A stretch of 48,673 nucleotides of DNA from a virus (taxonomy: Duplodnaviria > Caudoviricetes): positions 1 to 48,673 of the IMG/VR virus record IMGVR_UViG_3300005573_000130, one strand, 5' to 3'. Below, one piece after another: positions 35,898 to 44,295 of the stretch. The notes below the pieces were generated by a model. The model saw nothing but the letters and a program-made list of their open reading frames with translations. It did not search any database and was not told the DNA's origin. The position numbers and the translations under genes are program-made. The number at the start of each line of letters is the position of its first letter. Position 1 is the first letter of the stretch.

Positions 35898-38800
35898 CGG
35901 ATGCGGCTGAAAATTGGGATGCGTTTCCTGCCGTAGAGGGACCGGCGCCGAGCACGCCGGCATCCGGCGCTACAGGATCAACGCCTTCGGGGGGCTGGGA
36001 TGCGTTTCCCGTCTATAACCCCGACTCGCATCCCCTCTACGCGGGCGGCGGCGAGCCGGGCTTGCCGCCTGGGCCGCAATATGTAGGCGGCGCGATAGCC
36101 GGCGCGCTCCAAGGTGCGATTGGCGCGACGGGCGAGACTGTGGCGGCTGTTCCTCGCCTGGCGCAGCAAGCTCTCCGGGGCGCGCGAGAGACATCGAACG
36201 CGCAGCTTGCGCATCAAGCGGGGGTTCTCGGGACGCTGGATCAGATCGATCGCGGCGAGCGCGTGCCCGCGATGCAAGACCCCCTCGGGTATCAGGACGC
36301 ATCGCCTGAGCAGCGCCAGATCATCCGCCAGCAGATCAGCGCGCAGCTTGCCAATCCGCCAGGGCCGAGCAGCGCCGAGAACGCGCTCGGGACGGCGGCT
36401 CAGAAAGTGCAGTCCACCGCTGAGTCCATGATGGCGTCGCTCCCCATCGACCCGCGTGTGGCGAATAGCGTCCCCGTGCAAACAGCGCGGATGGTCGGCG
36501 GTATGGCGCCGTTGGTCGTCGGAACTATGGTGGGAGGCTTGCCCGGTGCGGCGGCGGCTGCGTTCGGTCAAGGCTACACGCAGACATTTAATGCGGCGAC
36601 AGAGAAGGGCGCCAAGCCGGAGGAGGCCAACACGGCGGCGCTCCTCGGGGGTCTGGTCTCTGGCGGCTTGCTGGAGATACCCGGCGCGCAGTTGCTCAAG
36701 TCGGTTGCGCCGGCGGCGCGCGGGCCGATCACGGCAGCGCTCACCCACATCAGTCGCGACGCTGCCGTCAACGCTGGATCAATGGTCGGCGTCACGGCGG
36801 CGCAGCAGATGGCGGATAACCTCATTGCGAGCATGACTTACGACCCGACGCGCAAGCTCGGCGACGGCATTGACCCTAAGACATTCGCTCCTGCCGCGCT
36901 GACAGGCGCGCTGATCCCAGGCGCAGGCCGCGCCGTGCGCGCTGCCTTGGACGCGCGCGGCGCGGCATCGACTGCCACGCGAACGCCAGATGAGGGCATC
37001 GCCGCCGCGCCTCAAGCCCCCGAAGCGGCGGCACCGGGACCGCCGGCGTCGGCACCCCTTCCGACTCCGACCCCCCAGACGCCAACGCCCGCGCCTCAGC
37101 GGCCAGTCGCGGCACCGCAGGCCGTCACACCGACGATGCCGCAGGATATGGCCCTCGATCTGCTTGACCAATATGGGGGCGTCACGCCGCCGCCTGGCGC
37201 GGTCCACTCGGCGCGGGCGCCAGTTGAGCGCGCTCCCGTGACCCCGACCACGCCGGAACCACAGAGCGACATTGAGGCCCAGGTGAAGGCCGTCGCAAAT
37301 CCCAACAATCCCAAGGATGCGATGTTCGTCGCTGCGGGGACTCAGATGCCCGCCCGGCTGCCTCATGGGGTGTATGCGGTGCCCTCGGTAAGCGGGACTT
37401 TGCTCACCACGAACCCCAACAAGGCGCGACTGTTCAGCGACGCAAGCAACAACGGCGCGCTCACTGACGACCTCATCGGAGGTCTGCTCGGGCTCCCAGA
37501 ATCGAAATCCCAGGTGGCGGCCTCTGGGCGTCCTTTGGCCGTCCAAGGGACAGACCAGGAAGGCAACATCGTAACGGAGGCTGCCGCATCTCCTGCCGGT
37601 GTTCCAAAGGCGATCAATGCGATTTCGCCGCAAGTCCCCGGCGGGAGGGTCAACGTGACGACGCCCGAGGAAGTGCAGAGCCGGCGCGCCGAATTGACTG
37701 CGGCGGACGCCGGCGTAGGGAGCGCGAACAAAATCCAATACCTCTCGCCCGATGATCTCAAGACGGACGCATCCCGCTTCCAATACAAGACGACCCAGGA
37801 TGAAAACGGCGTCACGGGTGCGCTACGGGGGGTGCAGAGATGGGAGCCGATGCTTGCCAACCCGCTGACGGCCTACCGCGACGCGGATGGGTCACTCTAC
37901 GTCGTTAACGGTCACCAACGGCTTGACCTCGCCAAGCGCGCGCAAGAGGCTGGACAAGAAGGAATCCAGCTTCCTGTGCGGGTTATCAACGGCGAGGATC
38001 ATTCCCCGGAATATGCGCGCGTGCTCGGCGCTTATCAGAATATCGCTGAAGGGTCTGGGACACCGCTCGATGCGGCCAGGATTTTGCGCGGCAAGGGGGC
38101 TCTCCCGGAAGATATGAGACTTCCCGAACTGCCGCCGCGCAGTCAGTTGGTGCAGGATGCGCGTGGTCTTGCGGCACTTGGTGATCAAGCGTTCGGCATG
38201 GTCGAAAACGGGATCGTGCCGGAAAACTACGCCTCGCACGTCGGCGCTTTGATCCGCGATCCTGCCGAGCAGGTCGCCGCACTCGACATGCTGGCAAAGC
38301 ATCCGCCGGACAATGCGCGCCAAGCCGAGATGATGGTGCGCGACATTCGCAACAGCGGGTTTGAGCGGCAGCAGGAGAACGGCCTTTTCGGCCCCGAGGA
38401 ATTTTCCAAGTCTTTGATCCCTGAGCGCGCCAAGGTTTTGGATGCCGCGATGAAGGTGTTGCGCGGCAATCGTAGCGTGTTCCGCGCTGCCATCGAAGGC
38501 GAAGATACGCTTGCCGGCGCTGGCAACAAATTGAACGCCGAAGGCAATAAGAGCGGGAAAGTCTCGAACGAAAAACTGCTCGCCTACATTGCCGCCAATG
38601 CAAGCTCGAAAGGAGACCTCTCTGATGCCCTCACCGCAGCGGCCCGGAAACTTGCGTCCGGTGGAAACGCAAAATCAGCAGCCTCCATCTTCCTCGCCAC
38701 CGCACGCACCCTTGAGCGACGAGGAGAAGCGGCAGGCATACCGGCAAGCGATATTGTTGGCGGCGCGCGACCTGAGGGAGAAGGCCAAGCGCCAAGGCGT

Positions 38801-41800
38801 GGCATCCGCACCCTAGAGCAAATCCAGCGCGAGGATGGGGTTGGTCCAAAGCAAGCGGCGCGCATCCAAGAGCAAGAGATCGAGGCGATGGACCGTCCGA
38901 TCAGCGAGGAGGATCGCGCTGCACGCCTCATGGAGACGGAGCCGCCTGGTCTGAGCGCAGCCCGGCAAGCGCCGGGACAGGATGACCTCTTTGCGCCGAA
39001 GAAAGAGTTCGTGCGCCGCGTTAAGCCGGCGACGGAGCAGATGGCGTTCCCCGGCATGGAGCGGTCGGCGGTGCAGGCTCAGGCGGCGCGAGATCAGGCT
39101 GGCCGCGGCGCGCTCTTGGCGAAAGGTGAGCAGAAGCGCGCCGACGAAGGCCTGTTCGCCTATCGCGACACGACCGAGCAACTGCCACTAGAAAACCGTC
39201 CTATCGGGAATGACGCCGATAGGTTCTCGGAGATTTCGGCGCCTGGCGTTCAACATGAGAAAGCGGCGGTTGAATATGTGTTCCGCGCTGGGCATGAAAC
39301 CGGGACCGAGCATCTGGCGATGTATGACGCTGCAACCCGGCGCGTCATATCGGCCTCGACGAGTGGCGAACGCGGGTTCGTGAAATTTCCTGAGGAACTG
39401 GTTGCGCGGATGTCTGATCCGTCCGAGCGCATCGTGGCGGTCCACAACCATCCCGGCGGAAGCTCGCTTTCCGCTGACGACCTATCGACACTTGTCTTTC
39501 CGGGTTTGCATAGCGTTCTTGCCGTTGGTCATGACGGTTCGATTTACAGCGCCTCGCGTGGACCGAACTGGCCGCGCGGGAACTCTTTTGAGCAATCCAC
39601 TCGGCTGAACGGCTTGATGAGTAAGGCATCCGACGTGACCCAAGATTTATTGTCCGATCTCGTGAGTCGCGGGAAAATCACGCTGGACCAATATCAGAAG
39701 TCGTTCTACGACGTGGTGAGCCGCGCGCTTCATAAGCTCGGCGTCATCGATTATGTTTCTGGGTTTCACGACGCCGAGATAGAAGGCCATCTTTCCAAGG
39801 CATCAGATTCTATTGCCGAGAGGGTAGCAAAGGAACTCTCCCATGCCATACTTGATCGACGTGCCGCCGCCGTCAGCGGAGCCCGAGGATTTCAAGAAAC
39901 TTTTGCAAAAGCTCGCGAAGCTGCCGCAGGACGATCTGACGGTCAGGAGCGCAATGCGGAACGCTCGGCACATGCTCAAGCTGTCGATCGAGTTTCACAG
40001 GAAGATGGCCTCGCGGAAAGGCAAGCAAGCCTCGACCTGACGCCGGTCAAGGATCGGGATGACCTGTTCGACCGGATCGCGCGCATCCCGCGAGTAGGGG
40101 AGCGGCTGGCCGAGTCGGCGCATAAAGTCAGCGACTTTGCCGATGCGGTGAAGATGATGGTCGCGCCGATGGCGGCTGGACGCGGCGAGGGCGTTCGGAT
40201 GGCGCGGGCGCAAGCCAAGGACTACGCCAATCTTGTCGCGACCATCCGCCATACCACCAGCGAGACGGTGCGCCATCTCACCGAGAGCTTCAGCCGCGAA
40301 GAACTCAAGAACGCTTGGGAACGGATGGACACCGAGAGCGTCCATCGGCAGATGGGCAGCGAAGCCGGAGAGCTAGGGATCGCAGGGCTCGCGCCTGAGA
40401 CACGCGCAGTGGTCGATAAGATGTCGCGCTCTGCGGAAAGAACGTGGCGCATGGCGCAGTCGCTGGGGATTGTAAATTCCGAAGGTCTGCCGTCCTACGT
40501 CACGCGGATGCAGCTTGATGTCGGCACCGAGAAAGCACGCACGGTGCGCGATCTGAGGACTCTGGCGATCGCCACGGGGCGCTTGCAGGAGGCCATCGCG
40601 GCGCGGATGCTGCTCAACAACATCGAGCGCGCCGGCCTCGGCGCAGGCCGGAACTCCGTCCATATCGGCATCCCCGATGGCGCGCGTCCGCTCAATCCGT
40701 TCGGGGTGGGATTTAGCAAATCAACGCCTCAGATGATCCACCGCAAGCATTTGACCGTCGAGGAAACCGAGGAGGCGGCGAAGAAGGTCAAGACATCTGA
40801 CGGCGAGACGTGGTTCACCATCCCCGAGAACGCGGCGTTTTCCAAGCGCATCGTCGTTGGCACAGACGCGGATGGCGCGCTGATCTACAAGACGGTGCCC
40901 ATCTACATCCGGGGCGACTACGAGGGGCCACTCCGGGCGATCCTGTCCGGGAAAGAGGGCATGATCTACCGCGGCGCGATGGCGCTCAAGGGGAAGATGA
41001 TGACCGGCATCATGTATGGCGTCGGGCACCTTGGCGTCATTGCGTCCCGCGCGCTGCCGGTGAACCCGAACCTGATCGGGATGGGAATGCGCGGTCATGC
41101 CGCGCGCATGAACGCCGACATGATGGCATGGGCGACGATGCACGGATTGCGCCCGATCGGACGCGATTTCGGACGCCAGGATATTTCCTCGTTCGAGGAA
41201 AACCCAGACTTCCGCTTGGGCCACTCGTGGACCGCTCAGATTGCTGGCGCCATTGCGCGACCGTTCGGCGAGGGCGCATCGAACGCAGCGAAAGGCGCGA
41301 TCGACACCGCCGGCAAATTCATGCATCAAACCCTCCTCTGGGATCGGGTTGCCGACCTGCAGATGGGTATTTTCCAGCACTACAGCCAGAAATTGCAGAA
41401 GCAAGGGTTGGGGGAGTCCGAGTCGGCGCGGATCGCCGCTGACATGTCGAACATGATAACCGGCTCTATCCCGCGGGAGGCGATGAGTGAGGGCGCGCGG
41501 AAAGCCGCCAACCTTCTCTTGTTCTCGCGCTCTTACCGCTTCGGTGGGTTGGGCGTCATCAAGCGGGCCGTCGCCGGCCTTCCTCTCGATGTGCGGGCGC
41601 AGATCGAGCGGGACGCCGGCGCGCAAGCCATGCTCAACGCCAACAGCGCCGCGCGCCGCGCCGCGATCGGCGTTGTGGTGTCCGACCTCGGATTCTATTT
41701 CATCGGCTCAAGCCTTGTGCAGACGGGCATCAATCTTGCTCGCGGACAATCCTTGAGTCAGCAGTGGAAGGACGAACTGGATCGGATCGGCGAGGAGACG

Positions 41801-42568
41801 CGCGCCATCTCGGCGCATCCGATCGAGAAGCTGAATCCCCTTTCGATAATGGACACGCTTCTTGGGTTCACGCCCATGGGCGCCCATGAGCCAGGGAAGA
41901 AAGACCGCATCCTGATCGGCTTCAAGAAAGACGGCACGGCGCTCTATGCGCGGATGCCGTTCGGCAAGAGCGTCGAGGACATGGTTGGGTATTTCTCGGG
42001 CCTCATGTCGCAACTGAAGTCGATGGAGAGCCCGTTCGTGCGTCCTGCCGTGGCGCTGTTGACGAACGAGATGTCGCCGGGTCATCCCATGTATGACCCC
42101 TACGCAAGCGCCGGCACTGCGGCAACGCAGGCGGTCACTCATCTTGCGATGGCGATTGCGCAAGGGGTGACGCCATCGGGGGCGCTTGGCGCACTCTATA
42201 ACATCGTAACCGGCCACGGCAGCCTGCTTGATGCGGGGCGCATAGTCGGCGGCGGTCTTGGGCTTTCCGTCTCGCAGGGCTACCCAGGCGGCCCAGCGGA
42301 AGGTGAGATGCATGCGGCGCGCGCCCAGCATCAATACGTCATGCAGGAAGCGATGCCGGGCATAAAAAATCAGATCAGAAACGGGAACATCCAAGCGGCG
42401 CGAGAGGCGATGACGAGGCTAGGGATTGAACCGGGCTATCAAAGGTTTGAAATCCAGCAGGCTTTGCATCCTCATTCCACGGCGCGGCAGATCAAGCGCG
42501 CATCAGGATATCTGACGCCGGACGAACGCGGCCGGATTGCAGCAGATAGACAAGGAGCAACGCCGTGA
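35894..42568 (+). CDS. Large polyvalent ejection protein (2224 aa) with ParB-like and JAB/MPN domains
   Basis: Ala/Gly-rich N-terminus; ParB/Srx-like RFQYK...LYVVNGHQRL (about 37730-38300); JAB E...HNHPGGSSLSADD (about 39300-39560); long helical C-terminal region. Confidence 0.8.
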   Translation: MTDAAENWDAFPAVEGPAPSTPASGATGSTPSGGWDAFPVYNPDSHPLYAGGGEPGLPPGPQYVGGAIAGALQGAIGATGETVAAVPRLAQQALRGARETSNAQLAHQAGVLGTLDQIDRGERVPAMQDPLGYQDASPEQRQIIRQQISAQLANPPGPSSAENALGTAAQKVQSTAESMMASLPIDPRVANSVPVQTARMVGGMAPLVVGTMVGGLPGAAAAAFGQGYTQTFNAATEKGAKPEEANTAALLGGLVSGGLLEIPGAQLLKSVAPAARGPITAALTHISRDAAVNAGSMVGVTAAQQMADNLIASMTYDPTRKLGDGIDPKTFAPAALTGALIPGAGRAVRAALDARGAASTATRTPDEGIAAAPQAPEAAAPGPPASAPLPTPTPQTPTPAPQRPVAAPQAVTPTMPQDMALDLLDQYGGVTPPPGAVHSARAPVERAPVTPTTPEPQSDIEAQVKAVANPNNPKDAMFVAAGTQMPARLPHGVYAVPSVSGTLLTTNPNKARLFSDASNNGALTDDLIGGLLGLPESKSQVAASGRPLAVQGTDQEGNIVTEAAASPAGVPKAINAISPQVPGGRVNVTTPEEVQSRRAELTAADAGVGSANKIQYLSPDDLKTDASRFQYKTTQDENGVTGALRGVQRWEPMLANPLTAYRDADGSLYVVNGHQRLDLAKRAQEAGQEGIQLPVRVINGEDHSPEYARVLGAYQNIAEGSGTPLDAARILRGKGALPEDMRLPELPPRSQLVQDARGLAALGDQAFGMVENGIVPENYASHVGALIRDPAEQVAALDMLAKHPPDNARQAEMMVRDIRNSGFERQQENGLFGPEEFSKSLIPERAKVLDAAMKVLRGNRSVFRAAIEGEDTLAGAGNKLNAEGNKSGKVSNEKLLAYIAANASSKGDLSDALTAAARKLASGGNAKSAASIFLATARTLERRGEAAGIPASDIVGGARPEGEGQAPRRGIRTLEQIQREDGVGPKQAARIQEQEIEAMDRPISEEDRAARLMETEPPGLSAARQAPGQDDLFAPKKEFVRRVKPATEQMAFPGMERSAVQAQAARDQAGRGALLAKGEQKRADEGLFAYRDTTEQLPLENRPIGNDADRFSEISAPGVQHEKAAVEYVFRAGHETGTEHLAMYDAATRRVISASTSGERGFVKFPEELVARMSDPSERIVAVHNHPGGSSLSADDLSTLVFPGLHSVLAVGHDGSIYSASRGPNWPRGNSFEQSTRLNGLMSKASDVTQDLLSDLVSRGKITLDQYQKSFYDVVSRALHKLGVIDYVSGFHDAEIEGHLSKASDSIAERVAKELSHAILDRRAAAVSGARGFQETFAKAREAAAGRSDGQERNAERSAHAQAVDRVSQEDGLAERQASLDLTPVKDRDDLFDRIARIPRVGERLAESAHKVSDFADAVKMMVAPMAAGRGEGVRMARAQAKDYANLVATIRHTTSETVRHLTESFSREELKNAWERMDTESVHRQMGSEAGELGIAGLAPETRAVVDKMSRSAERTWRMAQSLGIVNSEGLPSYVTRMQLDVGTEKARTVRDLRTLAIATGRLQEAIAARMLLNNIERAGLGAGRNSVHIGIPDGARPLNPFGVGFSKSTPQMIHRKHLTVEETEEAAKKVKTSDGETWFTIPENAAFSKRIVVGTDADGALIYKTVPIYIRGDYEGPLRAILSGKEGMIYRGAMALKGKMMTGIMYGVGHLGVIASRALPVNPNLIGMGMRGHAARMNADMMAWATMHGLRPIGRDFGRQDISSFEENPDFRLGHSWTAQIAGAIARPFGEGASNAAKGAIDTAGKFMHQTLLWDRVADLQMGIFQHYSQKLQKQGLGESESARIAADMSNMITGSIPREAMSEGARKAANLLLFSRSYRFGGLGVIKRAVAGLPLDVRAQIERDAGAQAMLNANSAARRAAIGVVVSDLGFYFIGSSLVQTGINLARGQSLSQQWKDELDRIGEETRAISAHPIEKLNPLSIMDTLLGFTPMGAHEPGKKDRILIGFKKDGTALYARMPFGKSVEDMVGYFSGLMSQLKSMESPFVRPAVALLTNEMSPGHPMYDPYASAGTAATQAVTHLAMAIAQGVTPSGALGALYNIVTGHGSLLDAGRIVGGGLGLSVSQGYPGGPAEGEMHAARAQHQYVMQEAMPGIKNQIRNGNIQAAREAMTRLGIEPGYQRFEIQQALHPHSTARQIKRASGYLTPDERGRIAADRQGATP
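38625..38816 (+). CDS. Candidate overprinted small protein (+1 frame of the giant gene)
   Basis: AGGAG at 38611-38615, ATG 38625; ends in amphipathic helix LSDEEKRQAYRQAILLAARDLREKAKRQG. Confidence 0.35.
   Translation: MPSPQRPGNLRPVETQNQQPPSSSPPHAPLSDEEKRQAYRQAILLAARDLREKAKRQGVASAP
39843..40040 (+). CDS. Candidate overprinted small protein (+1 frame of the giant gene)
   Basis: AAGGA at 39830-39834, ATG 39843; MPYLIDVPPPSAEPEDFKKLLQKLAKLPQDDLTVRSAMRNARHML reads as a two-helix protein while the main frame here is a low-complexity linker. Confidence 0.55.
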   Translation: MPYLIDVPPPSAEPEDFKKLLQKLAKLPQDDLTVRSAMRNARHMLKLSIEFHRKMASRKGKQAST

Positions 42569-43164
42569 GCAGACAAAACAGCCATCCGGGATGGGTAGAT
42601 CCGCAAAACGGACAACCCGGAACCAGACCCTTGGCCCAGCACTGGAACTCTCTTTGGTCGTCAAAGGTTGATGCGACGAGCGGCTACAGCACCAACCAAA
42701 ATCTCGTCAATCCTGCTATCTCTGGCGGCTCCGCAAACTTTCAAAATCTCAGCGTGCAGGGGCGCCCCGTCCCGGTTAATGGCAGCTATCTCGGTTTGCC
42801 AACGCCAATTACGTCCTCCACGGGGGCGACCTATTCGGCAAACCAAATGCTCCAGGGTGCAATATGGAGAACTGGGCCAACCGCAAATTTTTCAGATTAC
42901 ACCGACACAGCGCAAAATATATTGAACGCATATGCCGGAGCTTCGATAAATACCACATTTGATATCTTCATTGCCAATGGCACAAGTTACGAGTTGACCC
43001 TCACTGGCGGAACTGGAGTTACAATATCGGCAATATCGGCGATTGCTTCCTCGGATTGGGGGATCATTGAAGCGAGGAACGGGGTCTTGTGGCGCGGCGT
43101 CTTCACAAACGTCGGGTCAACTCCTGCGGTAACACTCGCTAGGATTGGCAGCTTTGGGCTATGA
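42565..43164 (+). CDS. Accessory structural protein (paralog of 19170-19661)
   Basis: RBS AAGGAG; YSANQMLQGAIWRTGPTANFSDYTDTAQNI domain. Confidence 0.65.
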   Translation: MSRQNSHPGWVDPQNGQPGTRPLAQHWNSLWSSKVDATSGYSTNQNLVNPAISGGSANFQNLSVQGRPVPVNGSYLGLPTPITSSTGATYSANQMLQGAIWRTGPTANFSDYTDTAQNILNAYAGASINTTFDIFIANGTSYELTLTGGTGVTISAISAIASSDWGIIEARNGVLWRGVFTNVGSTPAVTLARIGSFGL

Positions 43165-43559
43165 CCGACATGACGACACGAGAGAAGAAGATAATGAACT
43201 GGACATGGGGCAACATCCTGAATGCCGCTCTTATCATCAGCGCGATCGGCGGCGGCTTCGAGCAATTCGGACAAATCAAACAAACCATGTCGCAGCTTCA
43301 GGATCAGCAAAAACGATTTGACACGGACGCAACGGCGCTCCGCGCTGAAGCGCGTGCTCTCGTCGCAGAGGAAACACTAAACCGCAAGTCTGACATTCAG
43401 CGCGTTGAGAAAGAACTATCAGATTCCGCTCTCCGGCAGACATCCACCGATGCACAGATCATGCGGCAACTCGACGAAATCACCGCGCGGCTCGATCGCC
43501 TGATTGAGATGCGCCACGCCTCCGACGCGCCGGCCAAACCGGAGAGCGTCGTCCGATAA
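43161..43559 (+). CDS. Membrane-anchored coiled-coil protein (paralog of 21488-21871)
   Basis: WTWGNILNAALIISAIGGGF hydrophobic helix, then coiled coil ending RLDRLIEMR. Confidence 0.6.
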   Translation: MTDMTTREKKIMNWTWGNILNAALIISAIGGGFEQFGQIKQTMSQLQDQQKRFDTDATALRAEARALVAEETLNRKSDIQRVEKELSDSALRQTSTDAQIMRQLDEITARLDRLIEMRHASDAPAKPESVVR

Positions 43560-43572
43560 TCGGTAGTCTGCC

Positions 43573-43601
43573 TTGACACCGCCGATTGCGGAATGTATGA
43601 A
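43573..43601 (+). promoter_or_regulatory. Sigma70-type promoter for the lysis/accessory unit
   Basis: TTGACA (43573-43578), 17-nt spacer, TATGAA (43596-43601); TTGCGGAA direct repeat at 43586 and 43636. Confidence 0.65.
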
Positions 43602-43650
43602 ATAGCGCATCAGCGGATTTTACGCAAGAGCAAATTTGCGGAAATTGCTC

Positions 43651-43715
43651 GATGGCATGGCGAGGCGCGGCGTGGAATGGCGCGGCAAGGCAAGGACCGG
43701 CGTGGAACGGCAGGC
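43651..43715 (+). repeat. NNNGG pentamer array
   Basis: gatgg catgg cgagg cgcgg cgtgg aatgg cgcgg caagg caagg accgg cgtgg aacgg: 12 consecutive pentamers ending in GG, then caggc. Confidence 0.9.
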
Positions 43716-43739
43716 ATATTGCGATGACGGAAGGTAACG

Positions 43740-43919
43740 ATGGAAGATAAACGGAAAGAAGCGCTGACGAAAATCAGCGTGCAAATCCCCGCCGGCCTGC
43801 ACCAACGAGTGTCGGATTGGCGGCATGACAATCGTGTGTCAACATTGTCCGACGCTGTGCGCGAGCTTTTGCAACGCGCGCTGGACGCTGAGGTGCCAAC
43901 GAAAGGAAAGCGCAAGTGA
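43740..43919 (+). CDS. Ribbon-helix-helix DNA-binding protein (59 aa, absent from the ORF track)
   Basis: Translated by hand: MEDKRKEALTKISVQIPAGLHQRVSDWRHDNRVSTLSDAVRELLQRALDAEVPTKGKRK; RBS GGAAGG; GTGA overlap with the next gene. Confidence 0.75.
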   Translation: MEDKRKEALTKISVQIPAGLHQRVSDWRHDNRVSTLSDAVRELLQRALDAEVPTKGKRK

Positions 43920-44131
43920 ATTCATCCCCCGTCATCACCGGCGCTGTCGCGGTCAGCACGGGCATGATCGCCAGCATTGTCCAGTGGCTCGCCAGCCTCG
44001 CGCATTTGTCGATGCCGCCCGAGGTCTCCGGCGCGATCGCGGCGCTCGTGCTTTGGGCCGCGCACGTGATCGCGGCGGAGATCAATCACGCGCGGGTAGC
44101 GCCGGAGAAGCCGGCGGACGCGCCGAAATGA
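43916..44131 (+). CDS. Holin-like protein with two transmembrane segments
   Basis: 71 aa, two hydrophobic helices joined by MPPEV, charged C-terminus. Confidence 0.55.
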   Translation: MNSSPVITGAVAVSTGMIASIVQWLASLAHLSMPPEVSGAIAALVLWAAHVIAAEINHARVAPEKPADAPK

Positions 44132-44295
44132 GCAATCGTCCCGAAATCTGCCCGCGCTGCGTCAACCATGGCGTCGTCTATGACGCGCAGCCGGTTGGCT
44201 ATCGGTCGCTTGGGCCGAACGGCTGGGCTTATCTGCCGGTCGAGAGGCCGTGTCCCGAGTGCGCGGCGCATACAGAACAGAAGGACGCGACATGA
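44128..44295 (+). CDS. Small Zn-ribbon protein
   Basis: MSNRPEICPRC...RPCPEC; ATGA overlaps at both ends. Confidence 0.55.
   Translation: MSNRPEICPRCVNHGVVYDAQPVGYRSLGPNGWAYLPVERPCPECAAHTEQKDAT

Noticed and set aside
43651-43715. Possible CRISPR array or microsatellite
   Set aside because: Period is 5 nt with no repeat-spacer structure and no cas genes; units are not identical copies
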